Below are positions 49,322 to 60,483 of a stretch of DNA of 64,000 nucleotides, in pieces. A model generated the notes under the pieces. That model was not told the origin of the DNA and did no database searches. It saw only the letters and a list, made by a program, of their open reading frames with translations. The position numbers and the translations under genes were made by a program. The stretch covers positions 1,173,186 through 1,237,185 of the forward strand of contig CAWGVS010000006.1 in assembly GCA_963826115.1 (NCBI GenBank). The letters are read 5' to 3'. This DNA comes from an uncultured Candidatus Rokubacteria bacterium. GTDB lineage: Bacteria; Methylomirabilota; Methylomirabilia; Rokubacteriales; DASRDR01. Every line of letters begins with the position of its first letter. The first letter of the stretch is position 1.

Positions 49322-50452
49322 TCAGCTCGTCGCCTTGCGCCAGGTGACGCGCTGTCGGCCGGCCAGGGTGGAGGCGAACGCGTAGACGGTGGCCACGGTG
49401 AGGACGCCAAACGCATAGGGCACGGTGAGAAGCCGGGAGCGTGCCTGCGGGTTGTACGACCCGAGGATACCGAGGAGGTAGAAGGTCAGCTGGAGCACGA
49501 GGGCGATCCGATACGGCGTATGCGCGGATAGCGCCAGGCTGGCCAGGAACAGCGTGGTGAGGAGCAGCGGCCCGAGGAGCCGGAGGCCCTTGTGCGAGAG
49601 CGTCTGGAACCAGAGGCGATTCCGCCAGGGCAGGAGGACCCAGGGGTGGTGACGGAGGAGCTGGAAGTTGCCGGCGATGGTGCGCGTCTTGCGCGTCAGC
49701 TCCTCCTCGCCGCGGGTCGCCGCGCGATCGAAGGCGACGGCGGTGGGCTCGAAGACGACTCGAAAGCCCCGGCGCGCCACGAGCAGCGGAAGCAGGACGT
49801 CGTCGAGCAGCGTGTCCGGGGGGAGGGGCTCGAAGAGCGAGCGCCGCAGTGCATAGATCGCTCCGGTGGCCCCCACGGTGGAGTCGACGAGGCTCTCGCT
49901 CCGGCGCAGCAGGACCTCGTAGCGCCAGTAGGCGCTGACCCCTTGCTGGAGCCCGCTCGGGTCCCCGAGGAGGACGAGCTCGCCGCCCACGGCGCCGACG
50001 GAAGGATCGACGAAGGGGCGCACCAGCGCGCGCAGGGCGCCCTTGTCGAAGCGCTGGCGGACGTCCGCCATGACGAGAATCTCGCCGCGGGCTTCGCGGG
50101 CGAGATCGTTGAGGACGGCTGGCTTCCCGCGCCGGGGCGAGAACTCCAGGACACGGACGGCCACGCTCTCGAGGCGGCGAGCCCGCGCCACCGTGTCATC
50201 CGTGGAGCCGTCCGAGCCGATCAGAACTTCCACACGCTGAGGCGGGTAGTCCAGGTCCAGGATGTTCTCGATCTTCGCCTCGATCCCAGGAGCTTCATCG
50301 TGGGCGGCAATCAGCACGCTGATCGACGGCTCCCAATCGCCACGCGCCACCCGTCTGGGGCGCCACCGAGCCCGTGCCCACATCAGTGCCGGGTAGCCGA
50401 CGTGGGTGTAGGCGAGCAGTAGAGCCGAGACCCAGAAGACCGCGCGGCTCAC
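49322..50452 (-). CDS. GT2 glycosyltransferase (membrane-associated, CESA-like)
   Basis: SDGSTD, RGKPAVLN, YWRYE, GATGAIYALR, LLDD and RKTRTIAGNFQ. Confidence 0.9.
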   Translation of the reverse strand: MSRAVFWVSALLLAYTHVGYPALMWARARWRPRRVARGDWEPSISVLIAAHDEAPGIEAKIENILDLDYPPQRVEVLIGSDGSTDDTVARARRLESVAVRVLEFSPRRGKPAVLNDLAREARGEILVMADVRQRFDKGALRALVRPFVDPSVGAVGGELVLLGDPSGLQQGVSAYWRYEVLLRRSESLVDSTVGATGAIYALRRSLFEPLPPDTLLDDVLLPLLVARRGFRVVFEPTAVAFDRAATRGEEELTRKTRTIAGNFQLLRHHPWVLLPWRNRLWFQTLSHKGLRLLGPLLLTTLFLASLALSAHTPYRIALVLQLTFYLLGILGSYNPQARSRLLTVPYAFGVLTVATVYAFASTLAGRQRVTWRKATS

Positions 50453-51723
50453 GCGCCCCCCCAGACGGCGAGCAGTCGCACCGCCACATAGGTCCCGAGC
50501 ATCCCGGCCGCCGTGAGGACGACGATCCACGCCCTGTCGCGACCGGTCGAACGGACAGACGGCCTGGCGAGGGCGGCCTGGCTGGCGCCGAGGCCGAGAA
50601 CCAGGTAGGTAATCGGCACGTACTGTCGGGAGAGGAAAAGTGCGCTCGTGAAGAACCCGGCGCCCACGAGGACAAGGTCCCGTCCCAGGCTCTCGTCGCG
50701 TGTCCAGGGTCTGCGTGCCGCCGAGACGGCTCTCAAGCCTTTGAAGAACCAGTACACCGCCGCGACCGCCGGCAGGACGCCGAGGAGCCCGAGCTCTGCC
50801 AGAATGTGGACGAAAGAGTTGTGGGCGACAAGGTCATGAAACTCCGTAAAGCGCCCGAAACCCACGCCGAACACAGGATGATCCTTGAAGAGACCGAGAC
50901 CGATGCTCCACGCCTGGACGCGGCCTTGGGCGGACGCCTCGCGGTGGTCGATTTCGGCAATGCGAGTGGCGCCGCCGAGCGTCGTGGTCAGCACGATCGC
51001 TGCGAGGGCGACCGTCGCGCCGGCCAACTGTCCGTAGCGCCGCATGCTGAACAGGACGAGGATCAGGACGAAGCCGAGCATGCCGCCTCGCGAGCCCGTG
51101 TAGAGGAGGGCGAGCACGATCGGAACGAGGGCGGCGGCGGCCAAGGTCCGTCGCGATGCGGAGCCGGCGGCGGCGAACACATCGGTCAGGAGGAAGGGCA
51201 CGACCACGAGAAGTGCCATCGCGAGGTCGTTCGGGTCCTGGAAGATACCGGTCCCCCGGATGCGGAGTTCCTCCTCGACCTCATCCGTGCGGTGCTCGAT
51301 CGTCTCGACACCGCCGAGGCCGATGCCGGTATGGAACTGGACAAGGCCGTTGACGGCTTGAAACAGGGTGAGGAGAATGACGAACCGGACGACCCGTTGA
51401 AGCTGCCGGGGTGTGGTTATGGCGAGACGCATGAGGAAGTAGGTGAAGATCGCCGGCAGGAAGGTTAGGGCGGCTCGATATGAACCGCCGAACCATCCCC
51501 ACGCGAGGTTCGACACGACTACGGCGACGCTGAGCCACAGGAGAGCCCAGTCGTGAGGAAGCTGGAAAAGCGTCCAGGGACGATTTAACTGTGTGGCCAC
51601 GATGACGACGAGCGCGATCACGGAGAAGGTCATGACGATGGGAAGCCCGGCCAGGGCCGGCACGATCTCACCGGGCCTGACGTAGATCAGGGCGAGGTAC
51701 CCAGCGAGACACAGATACGCCAC
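50449..51723 (-). CDS. O-antigen ligase/Wzy polymerase family protein
   Basis: DPNDLA, TGSRGG, PVFGVGFG and AHNSFVHILAELG. Confidence 0.88.
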   Translation of the reverse strand: MAYLCLAGYLALIYVRPGEIVPALAGLPIVMTFSVIALVVIVATQLNRPWTLFQLPHDWALLWLSVAVVVSNLAWGWFGGSYRAALTFLPAIFTYFLMRLAITTPRQLQRVVRFVILLTLFQAVNGLVQFHTGIGLGGVETIEHRTDEVEEELRIRGTGIFQDPNDLAMALLVVVPFLLTDVFAAAGSASRRTLAAAALVPIVLALLYTGSRGGMLGFVLILVLFSMRRYGQLAGATVALAAIVLTTTLGGATRIAEIDHREASAQGRVQAWSIGLGLFKDHPVFGVGFGRFTEFHDLVAHNSFVHILAELGLLGVLPAVAAVYWFFKGLRAVSAARRPWTRDESLGRDLVLVGAGFFTSALFLSRQYVPITYLVLGLGASQAALARPSVRSTGRDRAWIVVLTAAGMLGTYVAVRLLAVWGGA

Positions 51724-51736
51724 GGCTCGATCGCCT

Positions 51737-53257
51737 CTAGAGCTGTCGCGGCTGCCGGAGCAGCGTGGGGACGAGTTTGCCGAGTCCCAAGAGGGGCCAG
51801 GTCGCGAGAGCGAACGCGGCAGCCGCAGCCGTTCCGTAGAGGGTCAGATCCGGCCAGCCATCCGGCGCGCGGAAGCGAAGCAGGATGCCAAGCAGGAGGA
51901 TCGCCGGCGCTGCCGTGGCCAGCGCCGGCAGGATGACGGCTCGCGTGTACCGTCGCAGGGGGAGCCGGGCCACGTGGCAGCCGTAGACGAGTGTGAAGAG
52001 CCCGCGACAGCAGGCGGCGGAGGCCGCGAAAGCCACGCACACTCCGGCCACGCCGAATGGCTTCAGCAGAAGCAACGCGAAGCCGATGGCGACGACGGTC
52101 TCGACGAGACTCGCGAGCGCCAGCGCTTGGTGGCGCGCGGCGGCGAGGAGGACGCTCTCCATGGCGCGCTGGGACATCGGGATCAGCTCGCCGAGCGCGA
52201 GTGTCACGAGCAGCGGGTACGACTCGGCCAGGCGAGGACCGACCCACAGTGTGATGAGCGGACGTCCCAGGAGAATGAACAGACCGAGGAGGAAGAGCGC
52301 CAGGCTTGCGGAGAAGCGACTCCCGCGCAGAGCGAGCTCCTGCTGGCGCTGCCAGTTTTCGGTGGCGTGGAGCTTCGTCGCGATGGGCGTGGCAACAGCC
52401 GCCGCCGCGGCCACGACTAGAGCGGCGTAAGTCACGAGCCGCGTCGCAATCGAGAACGGAGTGACGAGGGCGAGGCCGAGGCTCGCGGCGATGAGCGTTG
52501 GAGGGAGGGCCCTCCGCACGAGCTGGGCGAGCGAGCGGAGAAAGTTCCAGATGCCGTAGTCGAGCAGGATCCGCATCTGTCCCCAGGCGAGAAGCCGAGC
52601 GCTGAGGCAAAGGGACGGCGCGATGCGGATGGCCATCACGGCCTTGGCGAGCCCTCCCAGCACCGTCGTGATCAGGGTGATCCAGGCCAGTGCGACGAGC
52701 CCGAAACCATTGCCGATGAGCGCCAAGACCAGGACGGCGCGGATGAGATCGACGGGGATGTCGATGAGATTCAGGATGTCGAAGCGCTCGTAGGCCCACA
52801 GCACCGCGTCGAACACGTTGAGGACGAGGCCGAGGGCGAGACTCAGCGCGACGATGACGAAGGCCGTCCGGGCTTCGTCGCTTTGCGCGGGCTGAAGGTC
52901 CAGCAGGCTGGCGATGGGACCGGCCAGAACCACGGTGACGAGCACGCAGCCGATTGCCAGCGCGACGAGGACAACCACGCCCGAGCTGAGGGTCGTGTTG
53001 ATGGCGTGCGTATCGCCGCGCGCGCGGTGAAATGCCATGTACCGCCCGATCGACCCTCGGACGCCCAGGTCCATGAAGCGGAAGTAGTCGGTGAGGGCGG
53101 TGAGTACAATCCACAGGCCGTATGTGGTATCGCCGAGCCGGTGGATCAGAAACCGTGCGACGAAGAAGCCGATCCCGACCGAGGTGGCGACCCCGAGCCA
53201 GTTCCAGATGACATTCTTCGCCACGGTGAGCCGCATGCGAGGGTAGGGGGTGGCCAT
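51737..53257 (-). CDS. Wzx-type polysaccharide flippase
   Basis: AKNVIWNW...LGDTTYGLW...DLGVRGS; multi-TM. Confidence 0.87.
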   Translation of the reverse strand: MATPYPRMRLTVAKNVIWNWLGVATSVGIGFFVARFLIHRLGDTTYGLWIVLTALTDYFRFMDLGVRGSIGRYMAFHRARGDTHAINTTLSSGVVVLVALAIGCVLVTVVLAGPIASLLDLQPAQSDEARTAFVIVALSLALGLVLNVFDAVLWAYERFDILNLIDIPVDLIRAVLVLALIGNGFGLVALAWITLITTVLGGLAKAVMAIRIAPSLCLSARLLAWGQMRILLDYGIWNFLRSLAQLVRRALPPTLIAASLGLALVTPFSIATRLVTYAALVVAAAAAVATPIATKLHATENWQRQQELALRGSRFSASLALFLLGLFILLGRPLITLWVGPRLAESYPLLVTLALGELIPMSQRAMESVLLAAARHQALALASLVETVVAIGFALLLLKPFGVAGVCVAFAASAACCRGLFTLVYGCHVARLPLRRYTRAVILPALATAAPAILLLGILLRFRAPDGWPDLTLYGTAAAAAFALATWPLLGLGKLVPTLLRQPRQL

Positions 53258-53271
53258 CGGCTCGCGCGCGT

Positions 53272-54480
53272 TCAGGCCCGGAGCTCGAGGGCAGTCTTGG
53301 CCGTGGTGTCTCGGCCGGCCACGTCGGGACCGCTGGACACCAGAGAGTGCGTCGCCGTCGCCGTGACGGTACGCGCGGCGGGGGGCAGGATCCATTGGTC
53401 GAGGAAGACGTGGGGCGGCCCTTCGTACCCCTGCTCGGCGGCGCGCACAAGGTTGGCCATCTCGCGAGCGGTCACGTAGTGGAGCTGCCCGTGCTCCTCG
53501 TCGCCGAAGAAGCGCCGCAGCGCCGCGTGGAAGTCGTCCATCTTCGGGCCTAGCAAGGTGGCGGCGTTGCGCTCGATTGCGCCGTGGGTATGGACCTTGA
53601 CGAACACCCAGTCGGGACGTCCCTCGACGCCCACGCCAGCGCGCATCCAGTGCTGGAGGCGTCCGAGCGTCGGCGGGTTCGCGTGCGAGAGCTCGGCGTT
53701 CTCGAGCCGCGGCAGGACGCCCCACTTCGGCCGGCTCCAGTCGAGCGCGAGCGGCCCCTGGATCATCAGGAGACCGCGGCGACCCGGATGCCCCACCGCG
53801 GCGCGGGGGCCGGAGTCGTGGGACCGGGGGCGCCGGGGATCGTCGATCGCGTAGTAGATGCTGTTGACGGTGCGCGTCTGGGCGTCGCTGGGGGCCGAGG
53901 GGAGGGTGAAGTCGGCGTAGCACCCCGTCTCGGCGAGGACGGTCAGCTCGTCGTTGACCCCGCACCACCGCCCGTCGGCGCGGGAGTTGTCGAGGGCCCA
54001 GTTGCCGTGGATGAACGCGTACTTCACCGCGTTCAACTGGCGGTCTCGGCCGAGCAGACCGTGCTGGAGGAGCTGAGCCTTGAAGATCGAGAGCTTGTCC
54101 ATCAGTCCATCGCGGGTGTCCCGGTCGTGATGGAGATGGATCTCGACCTCGCCAAGCCCCGATCGGCACAGCTCGGCCAGCGCGTCGAGATGCTCGGCCC
54201 GGTACTCTTCCGCGGGAAAGAAGAAGGTGTGCTGCGGCGGCCGTCCGTCAGCGTCCCGGTGTCGCGCGGTGAGTCGCGGCAGCTGCTCGGTCCAGGCACG
54301 GACCCGGTCCCGCTCCACGGTGACGCCGGGATTGCCGTGCGCCGGCTCGAAATGGTCGGCGAGGCAGAAGAAGACGTGAGACGGAGGGCGACGCCCCGCC
54401 TGGCGACGGCGGCGAAGGACCGAGCGCAGGTAGCCCGGCAGCCAGAGATGCGCGTTCCTGGGGAACCCGAAGGAGCTCAC
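53272..54480 (-). CDS. Conserved hypothetical protein, possible metal-dependent carbohydrate-modifying enzyme
   Basis: DHFEP, EVEIHLHHD, FIHGNWALDNS and KVHTHG; GTG overlaps the upstream stop. Confidence 0.75.
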   Translation of the reverse strand: MSSFGFPRNAHLWLPGYLRSVLRRRRQAGRRPPSHVFFCLADHFEPAHGNPGVTVERDRVRAWTEQLPRLTARHRDADGRPPQHTFFFPAEEYRAEHLDALAELCRSGLGEVEIHLHHDRDTRDGLMDKLSIFKAQLLQHGLLGRDRQLNAVKYAFIHGNWALDNSRADGRWCGVNDELTVLAETGCYADFTLPSAPSDAQTRTVNSIYYAIDDPRRPRSHDSGPRAAVGHPGRRGLLMIQGPLALDWSRPKWGVLPRLENAELSHANPPTLGRLQHWMRAGVGVEGRPDWVFVKVHTHGAIERNAATLLGPKMDDFHAALRRFFGDEEHGQLHYVTAREMANLVRAAEQGYEGPPHVFLDQWILPPAARTVTATATHSLVSSGPDVAGRDTTAKTALELRA

Positions 54481-55685
54481 GGTCGGATGCCGCGCCGCCG
54501 CGCGAGCCCGAGGTACAGCGCTTCGTATTGCCGGACCATGTGCCCGAGCGAGAAGTCGCGGACGACCCTCTCTCGGGCCGCGTGCGCCATCACGACCCGC
54601 AGGGCAGGCTCTACTGCCAGGCGGACGATCGCCTCCGCGAGGGCGGTGGGGTGTCCCGGTGGCACCAGGATCCCCGCTTCGCCACTTGCCCCGACGACGT
54701 CCTCGGTCCCTCCCACCCTGGTGGCGACAACCGGCACGCCGGCGACCATGGCCTCTAGCAGGGCCAGGGGGATCCCCTCGCTGCGGGAGGACTGGGCGAC
54801 GAGGTCGAACGCCGGTAAAAGCGCCGTTGCGTCGGGCCGGTAACCGAGGAACCGGATCGACTCGGCCAGGCCTCGGGAGGCCGTCTGGGCCCGGAGCACT
54901 GCACCTTGCGGGCCGTCGCCCAGGACGACGGCCTGGAGAGCCCCCAGGGTTTTTCGCGCGTGCGCGACGGCCTCGATGAGCAGACCGAAGTCCTTCTCCG
55001 GAGAGAGGCGTCCGAGCGCGCCGACCACGAGGGATCCGTCGGGGATGCCCAGGATCCGCCGGGCGACGTCGCGCGGATGGCGCGGGGCGTCCACGTCGGT
55101 GCCGTTGAAGATCGTGACCACCTTGTCCCGCGGGATCCGGTCGATCGAGATCGCCACCTCGCGGGCGGAGCTCGAGACCGCGACCACGGCGTCGGTCCTC
55201 GCGGCCAGCCAGCGCCGTCTCCAGGCATCCCGGCGGCGACGCGCGTACACGTGGTTGCCATGACGGGTCGTCAGGGCGACGGGGACGCGCGCGAGCACGC
55301 CGGCCAGCGTAGCCAGCAAGTGCGCCCGCTGATTGTGGGAGTGGACCACCTCCGCCCGCAGCGCTCGGAGGTGGCGCGCCAGGCGGACGATTCCCGCCCA
55401 GTCGAGGCCGGGACCGATCTCGCACGAGGAGAACGGGGTCTGGGACGGCACGGCGTCGCGCAGGGCGCCGGGTGCGCTCGCGCAGATCAGCGCCGGGGAC
55501 ACCGTGCGTGGATCCGATCGGCGGATCAGCTCGATGACGAGCTTCTCGAGGCCGCCCGGGTCGAGGCTCAGGACCACGTGGACCACGCGAAGCGGCGCTC
55601 CCGCCGGCTCGGCGGGGCGGGCGACGTCCGCCGCTCCGTCGACCGAGACGATAGCACCAGCTGGAGCGGCCGCGGCCTGTGCCAT
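54477..55685 (-). CDS. GT4 glycosyltransferase
   Basis: LDPGGLE, GRLSPEKD and SRSEGIPLALLEAM. Confidence 0.9.
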   Translation of the reverse strand: MAQAAAAPAGAIVSVDGAADVARPAEPAGAPLRVVHVVLSLDPGGLEKLVIELIRRSDPRTVSPALICASAPGALRDAVPSQTPFSSCEIGPGLDWAGIVRLARHLRALRAEVVHSHNQRAHLLATLAGVLARVPVALTTRHGNHVYARRRRDAWRRRWLAARTDAVVAVSSSAREVAISIDRIPRDKVVTIFNGTDVDAPRHPRDVARRILGIPDGSLVVGALGRLSPEKDFGLLIEAVAHARKTLGALQAVVLGDGPQGAVLRAQTASRGLAESIRFLGYRPDATALLPAFDLVAQSSRSEGIPLALLEAMVAGVPVVATRVGGTEDVVGASGEAGILVPPGHPTALAEAIVRLAVEPALRVVMAHAARERVVRDFSLGHMVRQYEALYLGLARRRGIRP

Positions 55686-55691
55686 CGGGTC

Positions 55692-57007
55692 TCAGCGGGG
55701 GAAGGTCGAGCCGGCCGAAGTCGCCACGCCCCGCGTCGCGTTCCGCGAATCCACCACGACCGAGCAGTCGCGGACGACGGCCGCGTAGTCGAACTCTCGG
55801 TGGTCGGTGAGGATCAACGCCGCGTCGGCCGCGCGAAGACGCTCGCGGGTGAGGCGCGACCGCGTGAAGCGTCTCGGCCGTTCACCGTCCAGGTAGGGCA
55901 CGTACGGGTCCGCGTACTCGACGCGGGCTCCCTTCCGGAGGAGCGTCTCGATGATCTCGAGGGCCGGCGACTCGCGGACGTCGCCGACGCCGCGCTTGTA
56001 GGCCACGCCCAGGACGAGGATCCGTCGCCCCGCGGACGGCCTTCCCGCGATCGTTCAGCGCGTCGGTCAGCCGCGTCAGCGACGTGACCCGGCATCGCGC
56101 GGTTGATCTCGTCGGCGAGCGCGATGAATCGTGGCTCGTAGCCGGCGAGGCGGGCCTTCCAGGAGAGGTAGAACGGGTCGATCGGGATGCAGTGGCCGCC
56201 GATGCCGGGGCCCGGATAGAACGGCATGAACCCGAAGGGCTTCGTCGCGGCGGCGTCGATCACGTCCCAGACGTCGGCACCGAGGTGGTGGCAGATCAGG
56301 GCCATCTCGTTCGCGAGGGCGATGTTGACGGCACGGAAGGTGTTCTCGTAGAGCTTGGCCAGCTCGGCGACCCGGGGGCTCGCGACCTCGTGGACGTGGG
56401 CGACGATCTGGCGGTAGAGCAGCGCGGCCAGGCGGGTGCAGGCGGGCGTGACGCCCCCCACGACCTTCGGGATGTCCTTCACCGAGTGCTGCGGGTTGCC
56501 GGGGTCGATCCGCTCGGGCGAGAAGGCGAGGAAGAAGTCCTCGCCGACCCGGAGCCCGCCGCGCTCGAAGAGCGGCAGCAGGACCTCCTCGGTCGTTCCG
56601 GGGTAGGTCGTGCTCTCGAGGACGATCAGCTGTCCGGTCGCGAGGTGGCGGGCGATCGCCTCGGCGGCGGCGACCACGTAGCTGATGTCGGGGTCGCGCG
56701 ACTTCCGGAGCGGCGTCGGGACGCAGACGACGATGGCGTCCTGCTCGCGCGAGCACGTCGAGGCTCGGCCGTCGCCCGGAAGCGTCCGGCCTCGAGCACG
56801 TCCTGGAGCTGACCCGACGGCACGTCGGCGATGTAGGAATCGCCCCGGGCGCAGCGCCGCCACGCGGTCCGGGTCGGTCTCGAGCCCCGTGACCCGGAAG
56901 CCCGCCCGGGCGAACTCGACCGCCAGCGGGAGGCCGACGTAGCCCTGGCCGATGACCGCCACCCGCGCTGTCTTGCCCTCGATCGCCTCCTGCAGCTGGC
57001 TCGACAT
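55692..57007 (-). CDS. Nucleotide-sugar dehydrogenase (UDP-GlcNAc 6-dehydrogenase, WbpA-like; frameshifted)
   Basis: IGQGYVGLPLA, CVPTP, ESTTYPGTT, SPERIDPGN, GGHCIPIDP and AYKRGVGDVRESP. Confidence 0.9.
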
Positions 57008-57016
57008 GGCCTGCGG

Positions 57017-58464
57017 TCATCGCTCGACCTCGGATCCCGCGGCCGGCGCCAGCGAGCGCCGCTCGGTCGCGCGCTGACGCAGCGTTCGACCCGTGCGCCG
57101 CCGTGGCGCCAGGATAGGCGTCCATCGCCTGCGCACCCCGCCCGAACAGCACGATCTTCACCGTGTCGACCAGGATCCGGAGGTCGAGCCACGGCGAGAG
57201 GTGCTTGATGTAGTAGAGGTCGTAGCGCATCTTCTCGATCTCTTCCTCGAGGCCGTTGGCGTAGCCGAGGCGGACCTGCGCCCAGCCGGTGACGCCGGGC
57301 CGTACAAGCGAGCGCAGGTCGTAGTAGGGGATGGCGGCCCGGAAGAGCTCACCGTTCGTGACCGGATGAGGACGCGGGCCGACGAGGTTCATCTCGCCGC
57401 GGAGGATGTTCCAGAACTGGGGCAGCTCGTCCAGGCGGTACCGGCGGAGCCAGGCGCCGACGCGCGTGATGCGGTCCTCGTTGTCGCGCACCCACTCCGA
57501 CTGGCGCCCGGCGACCGGCCGCATCGTCCGGAACTTCAGGAGCCGGAACGGGCGGCCCCGGAGGCCGATGCGCTCGTGGAGGAAGAAGACCGGGCCCGGC
57601 GAGTCGAGCTTGATCGCGAGGGCGATCAGGGCGAGCAGGGGCGCGGTGAGGACCAGGCCGGCCGCCGACACCAGGAGGCTCGCGCCGCGGGCGAGGGCGA
57701 GGTCGAGCTGGTAGCGGCCCGCGTCCGGGGCGAAGACGATCGTCGAGGGCCGCAAGGTCTCGATGGCGAGCTTGCCCGTGAGCCGCTCGAAGGTCTCGAC
57801 TCCGTCCTCGATGGTCGCGCCGCGGAGCCGCGCCTCGACGAGGTCCGCGACGGGGAGCCGGCCGCGGCGCTCGTCGAGGGTGAGGATCACCCGGTGCGGC
57901 TCCGTCTCGCTTGATGAGCTTTCCGAGCTGGGTGAGCGGGCCGAGCAGCGGGTACGCGGTCGCGAACCGCTCCGGCACGGGCCCGTCCTGGACCAGGCCG
58001 ACGATGTCCCAGCGGAACCCGGGGTGGGCCTCGACCTCGTCCACGATTCGGACGGCAAGCTCGCTCGTCCCGACGATCAGGACGCGCTCGCGGAAGCGAC
58101 GGCTCCGCATGAAGGCGTAAGACACCGCGCGGAGGGGCACGAGGAGCCCGATCACCGTGACGAGGCTCGAGACGAAGGGCCCCTCCGTGAGGCCGGTGTC
58201 GGGAAACAGGGCGTAGAAGCCGGCCAGGAAGATGAACGCGATCCCGAACGCCTGGGAGGAGCCGGGCGGCGAACGCCCGGAAGCTCCGGACGATCCGGAA
58301 GTCGTAGAGATCGTTGTAGTAGAAGGCGACGATGCACGCGGCCGTCAGGGCGAGGGCCTGGCGGCGACGAGCGCGCTGTCGAGCCAGTCGACGAAGCGCC
58401 AGGGAATCCACACGCGGATGGCAACCCACACGGCCGCGAAGAGAAGGGCGCTCTCGAGCGCCAT
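57017..58464 (-). CDS. Priming polyprenyl-phosphate sugar phosphotransferase (frameshifted; 3' end approximate)
   Basis: FYYNDLYD, KFRTM, RLDELPQFWNIL, VGPRP, PGVTGWAQV and YDLYYIK. Confidence 0.88.
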
Positions 58465-58497
58465 GATTCGTACGGCGAGCGGTCCCACTGCGCAGCC

Positions 58498-59438
58498 TCA
58501 GCGTTCGGGAGCGGTGGCCGCGGGCCCGCCGGAGCATCCGGTTCAGGCCGCCCGGGCCGTGGCCGTTGACGGGCTCCCCGTCGTGGTAGCCGCGGTAGTA
58601 ACTGGTCAGCGGGCGGTCGTCCCGGTTGAAGACGATTCCGATGGCCTTCGCGGGGTCGATCAGGGCGAGCGCCTCCTCGACGAGCCGTCGTGGCGTCTGG
58701 TGAGCGCTGATCACCAGGAGGAGGCCGTCGACGAGCCGGGCCAGCACACGGCCGTCCGGGACGGCGACGAGCGGCGGCGTGTCGATGACGACCGCGTCGT
58801 AGCGCTCGCGCGCGGCGTTCAGGAGCGCCACGAAGCGCGGGGACTGGAAGAGCTCGTACGGCGTCTCCGGGATGCCGCCCGCCGGCACGACGTCGAGGTT
58901 GAACTCAGGGCACGCGTGGACGACGGCCTCGAGGCCGAGCGCGGGCTCGAGGATCGCGTCCACCAGGCCCGGCAGCGAGCCGCCGCTGGCGGAGCGCAGT
59001 CCGAGCGCGCGGGCGACGCTCGGCCGGCGCAGGTCCGCGTCGATCAGGAGCACCCGCGCGCCGGCGCCCTGAGCCAGCGCGCCGGCCAGATTGATGGCCG
59101 TGACGGTCTTGCCGTCCCCGACCGCGGGGCTCGACACCGCGATGCTGGTCGTGCCGTCCATCGACCGGCGCGCCTCGATCAGGTGGCGAAGCGCGCGATA
59201 CTGCTCGGCCTCGAAGCTGGCGGGCGTCAGCAGACTCACCAGGTGGCGCGTCGACGTCGCCGCCCGGCACGGGCTCCCGGTGCGACCGGGCATTCGAGGT
59301 CCGGCGCGCCGGCGGCTCCGCAGCGGCCGACGTCACCACCGGGTCCGATGCCGGGCGGATCGTGAAGGACGGGCGGGGGGTGTCATGCGCGACCCGGTCC
59401 CGCTCGGCTTGTTCCAGGGCCTTGAAGAATCGACTCAT
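58498..59438 (-). CDS. CpsD/CapB family tyrosine kinase (frameshifted; end approximate)
   Basis: EQYRALR, GDGKT, IDADLRRP, IDTPP and C-terminal YYRGY. Confidence 0.87.
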
Positions 59439-59446
59439 GGTGGACG

Positions 59447-60480
59447 TTATCTCCCGAGGGCGACGCGGGCCCGGTCGGCGAGGTGGGCGAGGTGCGCCAC
59501 GACGTCTCGCCACGGCATCGCGCTCCCCAAACGCCCCGGCGGCGGCGGAGCCCACCGCGGCAAGGGCAACGCTCACGAGAACGGTGGCCAGGACCCACCG
59601 GCGCGGACGAAGCCAGTCCGGCGTCGACATGCCGTGGCGGCCCCGCATCCGTATGGCATTCCGGCGCGGCGTCGTTCCGGCTTCCAGGTAGGCGATGGCC
59701 TCCTTGACGGTCGCCACGTCGATCCGGCGGCGCTGCTCCGCGTAGCCGACCACGAGGGCGTGGTCGCAGACGGTATTGACGACGCGCGGGATGCCGCCGG
59801 AGAAGGCCGCGATGCGATCGAGCGCCCGCGGCGCGAAGAGCTCGGAATCCCGTCCGCCCGCGATGCGCAGCCGGGCCCGGATGTAGTCCCCGACCTCGGT
59901 CTGCCCGAGCGGCTGGATGTGGTAGCGGAGCGCGATCCGCTGCTTCAGCTGCCGGAGCTCCTGGCGCCCGAGCTTGGCATGGAGCTCCGGCTGGCCCACC
60001 AGGATGATCTGGAGGAGCTTGTCGCTCGAGGACTCGAAGTTCGAGAGGAGCCGGACCTGCTCGAGCGTCGACACGTCGAGGTTCTGGGCCTCGTCGAGGA
60101 TCAGGACGGTGTTCCGGTCCGCGCGCCGCTGCTCGATCAGGAAGCTGTTGAGGGCGACGAGTCGCTGGGCGTGCGTGAGGCCGGCCGCGGGCACGCCCCA
60201 CTCCTCGAGCGCGTACTCGAGGAGGCCCTCGAACGGAAGCGTGGAGTTGAAGACGAAGGCGACGCTGGTGTCGCTGCCGAGGCGCTTCAGCAGCGTGTGG
60301 AGGAGCGTCGTCTTGCCCGTTCCGACCTCGCCGGTGAGCGCGAGAAACCCCTTGCGCTCGCGCACGCCGTAGACGAGCTGCGCCAGCGCCTCGCGGTGAC
60401 TCTCGGTCGGGAAGAGGAAGCGCGGGTCCGGCGTCGGCCCGAAGGGCGGCTCGCGGAGCCCGTAGAACGTCGAGGTACAC
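59447..60480 (-). CDS. ExeA-like AAA ATPase of PEP-CTERM loci (frameshifted; end approximate)
   Basis: FYGLREPPF, GEVGTGKTT, LDEAQNL, VGQPEL and GGIPRVVN. Confidence 0.88.
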
Positions 60481-60483
60481 GGC

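Noticed and set aside
56076-58058. Apparent long C-terminal extension of the priming sugar transferase
   Set aside because: The extension is an out-of-frame reading of the dehydrogenase gene; the stop was probably lost to an indel.
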